Shown here one piece after another: positions 54,301 to 63,614 of a stretch of DNA of 64,000 nt (position 1 is the stretch's first letter; each line of letters starts with the position of its first letter). Source of the stretch: Diplonema japonicum (taxonomy: Eukaryota > Protista > Euglenozoa: Diplonemea). Both the position numbers and the translations under genes were made by a program. The notes under the pieces are model-generated. The model made no database searches. It was given only the letters and a program-made list of their open reading frames with translations, and was not told where the DNA came from. The stretch spans positions 1-64,000 of the forward strand of contig OZ025660.1 in the NCBI GenBank assembly GCA_964019335.1, in the 5' to 3' direction.

Positions 54301-55466
54301 TTGCTCCGGCTGAGGTCGGCCGCCATCCTTCCCCATGCCTCACGCTTCGTCTCGTCAAGGAGTCGGTTGACTTCCTTCACCTTCGCCCTGTACTCCTCCA
54401 CCACCACGTCCGCCTCTTGAAGCAGGAGTTCGCGCAGGGTGTTCCGCTCTTCGAAGGCGTCCTCGAGCTCAGCAGTCCACCAGGGGGTCGGGCCACGTCG
54501 CATCCCACAGAGGGGAATGTGGTCGTTCGCCGCAGTCAAAAGGGCTTGTGTAAACCCCTTCGTGACAGAGTCAATCGGAGCCGCCGTGTCAACACCAGCA
54601 AGCAGGCGGGCAACAGCAGCAGTGTAGTCATCCCATCTGGCTTTTTTGAAATTCCAGGTGGGGAAGGGGCGCTCCGAACGGTAGACGTCCTCAAGAGGCA
54701 GGTGAAAGGATACGGGACTATGATCGGAGCCCCACGTGCCCAGCGTCTTCGGCTCAAGCTTCGCGCAGCGCCCCACAACCAGGTCCAGAACGTGTCGTGA
54801 CGAGTCCCTCGTCGGTTCGTTGCGGTCGTTGTAGACGGTGTACCCGTGGGTGTCCAGCCAGTCCCTGACCACGTTCCCCCTCTCGTTCGGCGTCGTCACC
54901 GTGGCGTCCCAGGAGCTGTGGTGAGCATTGAAGTCACCCGCTATGACTGTGTTCTTCCCCATGGGAAGGCTGCCAGGCCGCAGGTACTCAGGGTCCCTCG
55001 TGCCTCTGCTCGCGCTTACCGGTGTAAGGTAAACGTTGGAGAGAGTGATCGGCTCACGCTTCTCGCAGGAGATCCTCACATCCAGTCTCTCAGTGACACA
55101 GTCCCCAGCCGGGAGTACGTGCGGAACCTCCTCCGAGGCAAGATCGTCGCGGACATACGTGACAATACCACCACCCCTCGTCGCAGTGCCGTCAGTCACC
55201 GGTGTCAACCGATCCCTCCTGTATGACCTGTACCCAGGCAGGTGTGGCGTGTCGTGCCCTTCCCTCAGGTGCGTCTCCTGTATCATGATGATGTCCAGCG
55301 ACAAGAAGTCAGCATGGCGAGATACGACGGTCCATTTCGCAACGAGGCCGTTGCAGTTCCACGAGACAACCTTGAGACCCTTAGGCGACGGGGGCGGCAG
55401 CTTCTTGGGTGGGCCAGGGTTTGTTTCGACCAGCCCAAGCAGCCCCAGCAGGTCCCTGACGGACAT
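51315..55466 (-). CDS. Family A ORF2, intact 1383 aa
   Basis: Near-identical to 43680..47831. Confidence 0.93.
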   Translation of the reverse strand: MSVRDLLGLLGLVETNPGPPKKLPPPSPKGLKVVSWNCNGLVAKWTVVSRHADFLSLDIIMIQETHLREGHDTPHLPGYRSYRRDRLTPVTDGTATRGGGIVTYVRDDLASEEVPHVLPAGDCVTERLDVRISCEKREPITLSNVYLTPVSASRGTRDPEYLRPGSLPMGKNTVIAGDFNAHHSSWDATVTTPNERGNVVRDWLDTHGYTVYNDRNEPTRDSSRHVLDLVVGRCAKLEPKTLGTWGSDHSPVSFHLPLEDVYRSERPFPTWNFKKARWDDYTAAVARLLAGVDTAAPIDSVTKGFTQALLTAANDHIPLCGMRRGPTPWWTAELEDAFEERNTLRELLLQEADVVVEEYRAKVKEVNRLLDETKREAWGRMAADLSRSKDLGAAFRAVKKLDGRHRKTHLPVLEGRFVSDKAKADRLGAHFAKLYGRRGDGNSKDAAPSASRLGCQAFTVDDLTRGLRRMKTRSAAGEDGIFSEMLLHLNTDSLGVLLLLLNRSWLMGVVPGAWKKGVIVPVPKPGKDATLLASYRPICLTSCLCKLLERMIEERLTFLLDADGTGVEGLHDSQAGFRRGRSTEEQVATLTECMSRNKDDRRLSAALLFDFSSAFDLVPHGALLDKMRGKGLPEPFVEWTRSFLCGRTAAVTIGRSRGSTTKVRRGVPQGSVLGPILYTIYVDELARRLEGLADVSVLYADDVAVVISSGQGDVAGLERKAQAVVDAVEDWCRERDMLLSTSKTQAVCVPPQKRLGVYFTSSRVPLQPGAFQNPLFGLGVNADGTISGDQELAGLQVVEAGGVRIRCVRDMHAAVRRPDVDYVAARPLPLSEHARYLGVTVDSGLTFGEHAQDILRRASKRLRVLKLLSGTSWGSKRDTLRSLYVTYILPLLRYCMGVYYSRLDDVGRKDLAGLHQEAAVLITGCWSGSGGYKLLAEAGLLPLERMAEGAAATMTAKAFCWQSSPVHRETVKLKQANRLGCGWLRSGYQALRRCGLEPKVHFEYLSATPLAAPWQTGMVDFRTDLPGGVTRSSPDADRRKAAEAALAALPPGIHAYTDGSVVQVGQKAKGGSGVYLQLPPPLTPVSVCHGVNDFCSSFRAEGMAVKTALDMVATLRKTHPSLAKSPLSICTDSLSLVEQLRAGPTRQREKLDHQTWSRLVSAARTQGTPVVLQFVPSHCGVDGNEKADALAGEGTKRKQDRPCLDYRSVRALVRRWVVRRSAELITSLAHNYAVATELRSAHFPLGFPRQAETVISRLRIGHSALFFGFLQTAGPNRKHKGVLRCPACHAAPMSREHVVGGCPVIGRGAIDTPAGTPSLAFSLSRRVTQIYDLIVESGLLAWSRSGLFTSPSSLASTDVTAPSNVPPPPPVSLDAGPAAPVLR

Positions 55467-55607
55467 CCTCCCGAGTAGGGTGGGGATCAGTGCAGAAAAG
55501 TCGGTGAAGAAACAGAGAGGTAGGAGTCTCCTGGGGAGGATGCGAGGGAGACTAGGAGAGGGAGCATGGTCGTAGATCTGCTGCTCCCCCTGTTCTGCGG
55601 GGCCCCT

Positions 55608-56643
55608 TCAATTGGATGGACCCATGGAGGCAGAGCGCCCCTTGACCCCATTGGTGAAGAGATCTTTGGTCTCCGCGAACGACCTGGCCCGCCCCCTCGT
55701 ACCCAGGTTCGTCACCGCAGCCTCAGAGGTCGTAGCGAGAGGAGGAGCCCCCTTCTTCCCCTTCCCCTTCCCTTTCCAGACACTGTCGTGTGTCGTCGTC
55801 GCCCCCGGTGTAGGGTCCCGCGGCACTGCCGTTCCCGTCGTCAGCGTGGCCGCCTGCGGCAGGAGGAGGCGGAGCGTCGTCCGCAGATCGGAGATCATCT
55901 CCTGCTGAGAGTCGATCGTCCTCTGCAGCCCGACGATCGACTCCTTCAGCGTGGCGACGAGCTCAGTGAGAGCGGCGACCTCAGGCGACCCGGAAGGGAC
56001 TCCCTCCTTGTTTCCCGCAGACACGTTGCGGGGCGGTGTAGGGGACGTCACAGTGTCGAGCTGGGGGGGAGCCACCGAGCTCGGTATGGACGCCCACGGG
56101 CTGGTGGGAGGAAGCCCAGTTGCTTTCACCGCAGGGCCAGTCTCCGAGGGTGTCGACGCCGATACAGGTGCCGGGTCAGGTACAGGTGTAGTAGGCGCAG
56201 GTGCAGGCACATGAGAAGATGTGGGTGCCGGGGTCGAGGACGTTGCAAGCGCAGGTGCAGATGCAGGTGTCGTCCTGTTGATGAGAGGGGGCGGCTTGAC
56301 GGTCGGGTGGTCGTCCGCATCACGGAGGCAGACAAGGCGCCCCCCAAGGAGCCACGTCCTGGACTTCGGGGGCGGGCTGTCGACGACGATGAAGAACACG
56401 AGTTGCCTCGTGCCCTGGAACATCGTCTGCGTGCGTCGCAGGACGGAGGATGGTTTCCAACCGATGTGGTCCATCACTTCGTCGAAGGCCGCCCTGGTGA
56501 TGGACGGCGGGGCTCCGGTGAGCAAAAACTTGCGCTTCGTACGCAGTTTTGCGAGGGTTTCCCGGAGCCGCTGTTCCGTCTCCGGTAGGCACCGCACAGT
56601 CCATCCCTTACGGTGCGCCACCCCGAGAGACAACCCACCCAGC
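55608..56643 (-). pseudogene. Family A ORF1, C-terminal remnant
   Basis: Matches the last ~345 aa of ORF1; the start is missing. Confidence 0.9.
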
Positions 56644-56652
56644 ATTGTTTTC

Positions 56653-57087
56653 TTTTTTTAATAAGAATAATAATAAATATTCCACTACCAGGCGGGAGGA
56701 TCGAAGGGGAGTAGAGAAAACCAAAGGGAATGGGACATCACTTCAAACCAAGAGAGGTGTTTGAAAGTGATTCGTGAAAAGCAGTCTCTGTTACTGAGCC
56801 ATTGGTCGAAGGGTCCTGGTCCGCTGCTCCCTGTTGTAAATTACTTGGACCCCCTCACCACGCTCTTTTCATAATAATATAAAACCGATCCCACCCACCA
56901 GGCAGCACCTGGGTCCCGAGGCATTAGCCGCCTCTAGTAACAAGAGACGACCTCCCAGATTTTAAGAACTTTGGAGGAGTTTCAATTGTGAAAAATTAAC
57001 CAGCTGACTGTGAAACTCCACCGTCTGCTGGACTTGTTGGGCTTTCGGGAGCCAATAAATTCAATTCAATTAAGTTTCGTTCTACAG
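56653..57087. other. ~430-nt non-coding segment with several strong helices, between poly(T) tracts (3' end of another retroelement, SINE, or ncRNA)
   Basis: Complementary pairs ATCACTTCAAAC/GTTTGAAAGTGAT, GTCTCTGTTACT/AGTAACAAGAGAC, GGAGTTTCA/TGAAACTCC; no convincing ORF. Confidence 0.45.
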
Positions 57088-60000
57088 TTTTTTTTTTTTT
57101 TTATATATATTCTTCTTTTTTTTTTTTTTCTTTTTTTTTTTTTCCCTCAAAAATAAAGGAATTCAAATCAAGCTCGATCGTGTACACCGAAGCTTGAATC
57201 ATCTGTCCTTCTTTTTTTCTTTTTTTTTTCTCTTTTTTCTTTCTATATGAAAGGTGAGTGAAAATTTTGAATAACACTGGGGGCGGGGGTCAGGGGCCTG
57301 GTAATGGAAAATAAGGGAAGACACTGGGGAGGGAGGTGAAAAGAAAGGATAGGAGTGAAGCCAGAGTCGAGAGATTGAGTTAGAAACAATTGCTGTCTGA
57401 AGTCGTATAACAACAGTACAGTTTCAAACTCAGGATAATTTGAGAGAAAAGTATATAAGTAAAGTTTAGTTTATAATATAATTTATAAAGGGGATTATAT
57501 CTCACGGTCGGTCACAACAGGCCCTGCTGTTCCAGGAATTGTACGGTTTTCCCGGCGTCAGTTGACAGTAGGGCCTTGAGCGAAGGAAGGGAGGAACCGA
57601 AGATCTGACTTCTCTGGTCAGCTCTACCATCGTCCTGGCATTCTTTCAGGAGGTGGCTCAGCGTCTGAGGCATCGAACAAAGGTGGCATGTGACCACATC
57701 GGCCGGGGGATTGAGTAGATACCCGCTTATGAGGGGGCTCTTCCCCACTCTCAGCCTCATGATCGCAACTTCTTGTTCCCTGTTTAGCTCTTCAAACTTC
57801 TCGAAATTCCCTGCGAAAAGCTCTCGGTATGTCTCCTTGACACCCGTTTTTTTCCAGAAGAGGAGGTGGCTCGCCAGTACCTTTTTTCTCACCAGTGACT
57901 TCACGATGTCTATGCTGGTCTTCTGTTCGTGGGCAACTGCCCGGCAGGTCTCCTTCGCCTTCTTGTCCGCCATCTCGTTCCATTTGAATCCGCAGTGACT
58001 TGGTACGTACTGTATGACCACTTTGTGGCCTCTCTTTACAAGTCCCGCTACCTCGTGCCACAGTTTGTACTCGTCTGCAGAGACGGCGGACAGGTGCCCC
58101 TGGCACATCCTCCTTATTACCGACTGCGAATCAGTGCAAATAAGGACCATCTCTTGGCTCGTGCCCACTCTCTTCGAGAGGTTTGTCGCGAGGTGCAGCC
58201 CCAGCTCTATGGCCCTTTGCTCGCACCTGTAGGATGACGTATAGGATCCACCGCTGACCCCATACGAAGCTTTTCTCTCCCCTCGCAACAGTATCGCAGC
58301 AGCTCCTCCGTTCCTGCCGTCCTTCAATGACCCGTCTGTGAAGATCATGCAGAAGGCTTTTCCGTGCTTCTCGATAAGCCGGTTCAGTGTGTCCTCTGTT
58401 GCTTTCCTTCTGACTTCACTGGTGTCCGATCTCTTCACATGTATGTCGAGGAAGGGGGCCAGTATCAGTTTACCCTCGAATCTCTGCCAAGGTGTAACTC
58501 TGTACTTCTTCTCAAAGGCATAACCTGAGAATGGTGTTGCCGCCCTCTCTGGGAGCTTGTAGGCCCTGGCTGCTTCCCTTTGTCGATCTGACCATGTTTT
58601 CTTCGGGAACAGTACCTCGTATCTGGTCAGATCCTTCAGGGGTTGTGTAGCTTGAAAGGCAGCTGTGTTCTCCTTCCTAATGATGGACTCGTACAGCAGT
58701 AAACTGTCGTGTTCGATCAGCGCATCGAGTGTCCACAAGCCAGCCTCGTTTAGTGTAGCGAATGTCTCTGATGTCGCTACACATCCTGTGATCGTTAAAG
58801 CTGCCCGGTACTGCAGCTTCTGGATTCCTTCGTGGTACGTGCCCCTCCCGCCTATCACGAAAGGTCCGTACGCCCCCAGACAGTAACGGAAAACTGGCTG
58901 TACGTACGTGAGGTAGAGTGCCCTCATTACCACTTTCTTGCAACCCCACTTCGTCCCTGCCAGTCTTCTCAGTAGCCTGACTCTGCTTTCCGCCCTTCTC
59001 AAGACGTCTGCCGTATGTGCGGCGAAAAACATGTCTTCCTCAAACGTGACTCCGAGCAGCTTTGTTTTTTCAACTACCCTGAGCTCTTCCCCCCCCGCAA
59101 AGGTTGCCGATATCTTCCCTTTTAGGGTCCTTTGGGGATATGAGATGCCCGCTACTGGCAAGAACTCTGTCTTGTCTTTTGATATCACCATCGAGTTCCA
59201 GGAACACCAAGTCTCCACGATCCTCAGGACCCTCGACAGCTTCTCGTTCAGTTTCTCAACATCTTTCTCATGAACCACCACCGCGATGTCGTCTGCGTAC
59301 ATCACAGCGTCAATTCCCTCCTTTGCGAAAATCGCTGACAGGTCGTCCATATATAATGAGAAGAGGGTCGGAGCCAGGATCGTCCCCTGTGGAACCCCTC
59401 CTTTTATCTGCCTTTGTTTCCCTATCTTGCCGTCCACCTTGACGGCTGCAACCCTTTGGTCCAGGAAGGCAGCGACCCAGTTCGTTATCCTCTGCGGGTA
59501 CTTGCTGTATCTCAGCTTTGCGTTCAGGCCTTTATGCCAGACTGTATCAAAAGCCCCTTTCAGGTCAAAGAGCAGGAGACCCCCGCAGAACTCGTCTCCT
59601 CTGATGCGATCTAGTTTCGTTGTAACCTGCAAGACGTTCTCTTCAGTGGAACGCCCCTTCCTGAAACCTGACTGCATTTTGTGAACCTTCTTTACATCGC
59701 CCACGTCTTGGTGGTAGTCGATCCTGATCTTCACTATCCTCTCCATTGTCTTTGAAATTCCCGAGGTTAATGAGATCGGCCTGTACGATGCCGGTTCGCT
59801 CTTCAGCTTTCCTTTGCCTTTGAAGAGCGGGACGATGTGTGTGTATTTCCAATCCGACGGAACTACACCCTTCTCCCACGACATATTGAAGAGATGTAGC
59901 ATCGCGTCCAGGGCCGTTTCCCCGAGGTGCTTTAACATCTCGTTGTACACACCGTCAGGGCCTGGGGACTTCCCCTTTTTAAGTTGCCTCAGTGCGTACT

Positions 60001-60913
60001 TCAATTCGTCGATGCTTATATCGGGGCACTCGGTCCTGTTATTCCGACCACCGTTTTCCTTGGTTAGTCGTTCTACTCTTTCCAGCATTCTCTTGGTGTC
60101 CTTGTTCAGTTGCGGTGCAAATGCCTCCGCGTAGTGGTCCACCAGTGCGTCTGCCTTCTCTGTCGCTGTGGTGTGTAATCTTTCACCAGCCATCAGCGGC
60201 GCCACAGGTTCTTTGCCCTTCCTACCATCGAGCGTCTTTATCGTCCTGAAAGCATGCCCCAGGTCTTTCTTCTGTGACAATTCCTTCGTGTACTCAGCCC
60301 ACGCTCTTTTCTTTCCTACGACGATTTGTTCCTGCACTTGTCGGCTGATTTCTCCGAGTCTTTCGCACTGTTCAGTCGAGGGGATGCCAATGTCTGACAT
60401 TATCTCCTTTTTCAGAGCGTTCCGCTGAGCAACTAACTGCGTTAGTTCTTCTGTCCACCACGCTTTCCCACCTCTTGCTCCACCTCTCGGTATGAAGAGC
60501 CTGGCGGCTTCTTTGATCGCGTTCGTGAACTGTTTGTTCAATTTCACGGGGTCACCTGTTCTCTGCAGGTGCCTTAGGGCGTGCTCAAGATAATCCCTGA
60601 AGCCAGCCCAATCCGCTTTTTTGAAGCAGAATCTCCTTTCTGTCGTCTTGACTTCAAACTTGGTTCTGATTTCGATGGACATGGGAATGTGGTCGGAACC
60701 CCATGACTCTAGGGTTGTCCAGGATGTAGATTCCATGTCAGGTCCGCTTATAACCAAGTCTGGCGAGGATAGTGTCCCTCTTGTGTTAAGGAGTGTGGGC
60801 TTATATCTGTCGTTCCAGGGTCTCATCCCTTTATCGACCATCCACGCTGCGATTTTGCTTCCTATAGGGTCTTCTTTTTTCTTCCTTCCATCCCACAGTG
60901 GGTGATGGGCGTT
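57088..60913 (-). mobile_element. Family B APE-RT-RNase H non-LTR retrotransposon, 5'-truncated within the endonuclease
   Basis: A-rich tail at 57088-57143. The reading frame begins at NAHHPLWD (60913), abutting the next element's poly(A). Lower GC and only distant similarity to family A. Confidence 0.9.
57512..60913 (-). CDS. Family B ORF (partial APE, RT, RNase H, CCHC)
   Basis: WGSDH, SPGPDG, YRPISLTS, PQGTILAP, YADD, FTDGS, TDSQS, CHLC..H...C. Confidence 0.88.
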   Translation of the reverse strand, partial: NAHHPLWDGRKKKEDPIGSKIAAWMVDKGMRPWNDRYKPTLLNTRGTLSSPDLVISGPDMESTSWTTLESWGSDHIPMSIEIRTKFEVKTTERRFCFKKADWAGFRDYLEHALRHLQRTGDPVKLNKQFTNAIKEAARLFIPRGGARGGKAWWTEELTQLVAQRNALKKEIMSDIGIPSTEQCERLGEISRQVQEQIVVGKKRAWAEYTKELSQKKDLGHAFRTIKTLDGRKGKEPVAPLMAGERLHTTATEKADALVDHYAEAFAPQLNKDTKRMLERVERLTKENGGRNNRTECPDISIDELKYALRQLKKGKSPGPDGVYNEMLKHLGETALDAMLHLFNMSWEKGVVPSDWKYTHIVPLFKGKGKLKSEPASYRPISLTSGISKTMERIVKIRIDYHQDVGDVKKVHKMQSGFRKGRSTEENVLQVTTKLDRIRGDEFCGGLLLFDLKGAFDTVWHKGLNAKLRYSKYPQRITNWVAAFLDQRVAAVKVDGKIGKQRQIKGGVPQGTILAPTLFSLYMDDLSAIFAKEGIDAVMYADDIAVVVHEKDVEKLNEKLSRVLRIVETWCSWNSMVISKDKTEFLPVAGISYPQRTLKGKISATFAGGEELRVVEKTKLLGVTFEEDMFFAAHTADVLRRAESRVRLLRRLAGTKWGCKKVVMRALYLTYVQPVFRYCLGAYGPFVIGGRGTYHEGIQKLQYRAALTITGCVATSETFATLNEAGLWTLDALIEHDSLLLYESIIRKENTAAFQATQPLKDLTRYEVLFPKKTWSDRQREAARAYKLPERAATPFSGYAFEKKYRVTPWQRFEGKLILAPFLDIHVKRSDTSEVRRKATEDTLNRLIEKHGKAFCMIFTDGSLKDGRNGGAAAILLRGERKASYGVSGGSYTSSYRCEQRAIELGLHLATNLSKRVGTSQEMVLICTDSQSVIRRMCQGHLSAVSADEYKLWHEVAGLVKRGHKVVIQYVPSHCGFKWNEMADKKAKETCRAVAHEQKTSIDIVKSLVRKKVLASHLLFWKKTGVKETYRELFAGNFEKFEELNREQEVAIMRLRVGKSPLISGYLLNPPADVVTCHLCSMPQTLSHLLKECQDDGRADQRSQIFGSSLPSLKALLSTDAGKTVQFLEQQGLL

Positions 60914-60914
60914 C

Positions 60915-62044
60915 TTTTTTTTTCAAAATACCAATGCAGGGCCGCCATGGAGAGCAACACCTGAGAAAAGGGGAAAAAAAGGTGAAGGGAAACCATGGGG
61001 AAATAGGGAGGGCAAAGGACCAGGCTTCTGCAAGCAGGAGGAGCCTGGTCCCCCACCAACCCGTGCTCTGCTTTGGGACAGCCGAAGAGGGCTGAATTAC
61101 ATTATTCCCTCAGTCAAGTGAGAGAAAAACGGGGGCCTACCTTCCAGCTGGATGTCCTTCTTTGGCTGGAACCTCCGGCGGAAAGCCCCCCAGGGAGGTA
61201 TTGCTCCTATTGAGCGAATCATTGGTGAGTGTGAAAATAAAAAGGGGAAATGGGAAACAGTGAGAGGAAGGGGAAGGAAGGGAAAGGAAAGTGGGAAACA
61301 CAACATTCCATTTAACACACACACACGGGGCGATCCCTTAGCGCAGCACGGGGGCCGCGGGACCGGCGTCAAGAGAGACCGGAGGAGGGGGCGGCACGTT
61401 TGAAGGCGCAGTGACGTCTGTAGACGCCAGGGATGATGGCGAGGTGAACAGTCCGGAGCGTGACCAGGCGAGCAGGCCAGACTCAACAATGAGGTCGTAG
61501 ATCTGGGTCACGCGTCTCGACAGGGAGAACGCTAGGGGGAGGGAGTACCAGCAGGAGTGTCGATCGCCCCCCTCCCGATCACAGGGCACCCACCGACAAC
61601 ATGCTCCCTGGACATCGGTGCTGCGTGGCAGGCTGGGCACCGGAGCACACCCTTGTGCTTCCTGTTCGGGCCAGCAGTCTGCAGGAAGCCGAAGAAGAGA
61701 GCCGAGTGACCAATCCGCAGCCGCGAGATGACCGTTTCAGCCTGTCTGGGGAAGCCAAGGGGGAAGTGCAGGGATGTTATGAGCTCCGCGGACCTCCGCA
61801 CCACCCACCGTCGCACCAGGGCCCTCACTGATCGGTAGTCAAGGCAGGGCCTGTCCTGCTTCCGCTTCGTTCCCTCCCCGGCCAGAGCGTCAGCCTTCTC
61901 GTTCCCGTCCACCCCACAGTGGGAGGGCACAAACTGGAGGACCACCGGTGTCCCCTGCGTGCGCGCCGCGGACACCAGCCGGCTCCACGTCTGGTGGTCG
62001 AGCTTCTCCCTCTGTCGCGTTGGGCCAGCTCGCAGCTGCTCGAC
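60915..62044 (-). mobile_element. Family A, short decayed 3' fragment
   Basis: Poly(A) at 60915-60923, 3' UTR, end of ORF2 with a frameshift and a deletion. Confidence 0.9.
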
Positions 62045-62188
62045 TTGTGCAAATACCAGGTGGGAGGGAGAAGGGGGGCGGAGAAAGTTGAAAGTTGGAC
62101 GTGAGGTTGCGGGGCAGGAAACTAACGCCTTGTCTCGCTTGGAGGCTGGCGACCTATTCAAAAAGAATTGCTTAGACCGGCGATCATC

Positions 62189-62347
62189 CTATGCTGGCAG
62201 GAAACGTGGAAACGTTTCCGTTCCCGTTCCCGTTTCCATACTTTTCAAAATTCTTATGGAAACGGCTTCCTTCTTAAGGAAACATAAACACGTTTCCGTT
62301 TCCGTTTCCCTTTTTTTCAAAAAATGCATGGAAACGCGTTAGCATAG
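62189..62347. repeat. MITE-like or DNA-transposon end: CTATGCT/AGCATAG termini with multiple GGAAAC/GTTTCC motifs
   Basis: Short inverted termini and ~9 subterminal motifs; no TSD seen. Confidence 0.4.
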
Positions 62348-62878
62348 ACCTAACCGGGGGCCCTGACTTGAAGGAAGTAGGAACTCTGGAACTGAAAATT
62401 CTAGTACCATTTACCTATTTATATCTTCCTAAGGTTGCATGCTGCTCAAGCGAGGATAGGCCACCCATTTCTTAAGTTGTTTTGTGTGGGTTTGTGCTAC
62501 TATAGGCATGAGCTCCTCGAGATCCTCCCGTTCGAAAGTAGATGCTTTCGTCTTCAGGGGCCCTTGTTCTTCAGCACGCTTGCAAAAAAGTTTGACACCG
62601 GTCCCATTCTAACCTTCTGGTTGCATTTTCCTTAAAAAACTGCCCTTATCTGGGAGTACTTGGTCCAAAGAGAGGAAGGGGCAGCGCCAACGTCATCTTC
62701 AGTCGGTTCTTCGTCTTTCCCCACGAAAGTCAGCTCATGTTTTCAGGTACTGTGCTTTGCTTATTTCGGGTAGAAGACTCTCCTCCCTCTTCGTTTTCGG
62801 CATTTGACGTTTTTCTTTTTGATGATCTTGAGCTCAGATGTTTAAAAAAAAATTCACTCTGCCCCCAATAATGTCACT

Positions 62879-63002
62879 CCCCCCCCTATAATTTGGCAGC
62901 CACGGGCCATAAACACCTAAGTCCTGCCCATAATTGAGCTATCAAATTATAGCCCGGATTGTCAAATTATGAGAGGGGGGTAATCAGATTATAGGGGGGG
63001 GG
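62879..63002. repeat. Inverted repeat CCCCCCCTATAAT...ATTATAGGGGGGG with internal ATAATT/AATTAT motifs (MITE-like)
   Basis: Visible terminal complementarity; no TSD identified. Confidence 0.4.
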
Positions 63003-63614
63003 TTAGGAGTGAAGAAATTTCTGAACTATCAGATAAAAAAAAAATTCACTATGATAGCAACGAAGTGGTTAGCAACGCCCCGCCAAAAAAAAAAAAAAAA
63101 AAAAAAAAATCAAAAAAATAAACCTTGCTATCGCACGATATTGGTATTCACATTCTGCAAACAACACACGAGATCAACAAGGGAAGACATACAAGAGGAG
63201 GGGGGAAATTCCCGCCTGACGACCCCACTGGACAGCGTCCTGACTGTCATCCTGAAGAAGGCAAACGCTGTCTTTTTACTTTAGGCGGGGGCAACACCTT
63301 TCCTTTCAGAAGGCGACCTTACGACAAGAAGAGAAGAGGGACGAGTTTGCACGGACGTGGCTGATTGCGAAGGCAAAGAAACAGGAAGCGAAGCAGCCAA
63401 GGAACGTGGCAGCGGACTTTGACGAAACCCTGGGGGGGAATCAGGGGGATTCGCAGAAGTGCCCCAATGACATGTCGTAGAGAAAAGATGAAAACTAATA
63501 GATGAGAAGTAAAGATTTTGCGTTAGTAAATGGTTATTGCGTCAAGTTCACACCGGCCATAATTGACCACGTCTATAAGTCTCTCAAAAGGAGTTCATGC
63601 GTAACCCAAAAGGT

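Larger units (their letters stand above)
50871..56643 (-). mobile_element. Family A, copy 5'-truncated in ORF1
   Basis: Poly(A) at 50871-50887; third TSD copy TTGTTTTC(T)7 at 56645. Confidence 0.95.

Noticed and set aside
57075-57095. CTACAGTTT as a second SL relic
   Set aside because: Only 9 nt match, running into a T tract and on the opposite strand; compatible with chance.
62350-63600. Decayed transposase or gene fragments
   Set aside because: Coding-like composition but no identifiable motif or sustained frame.
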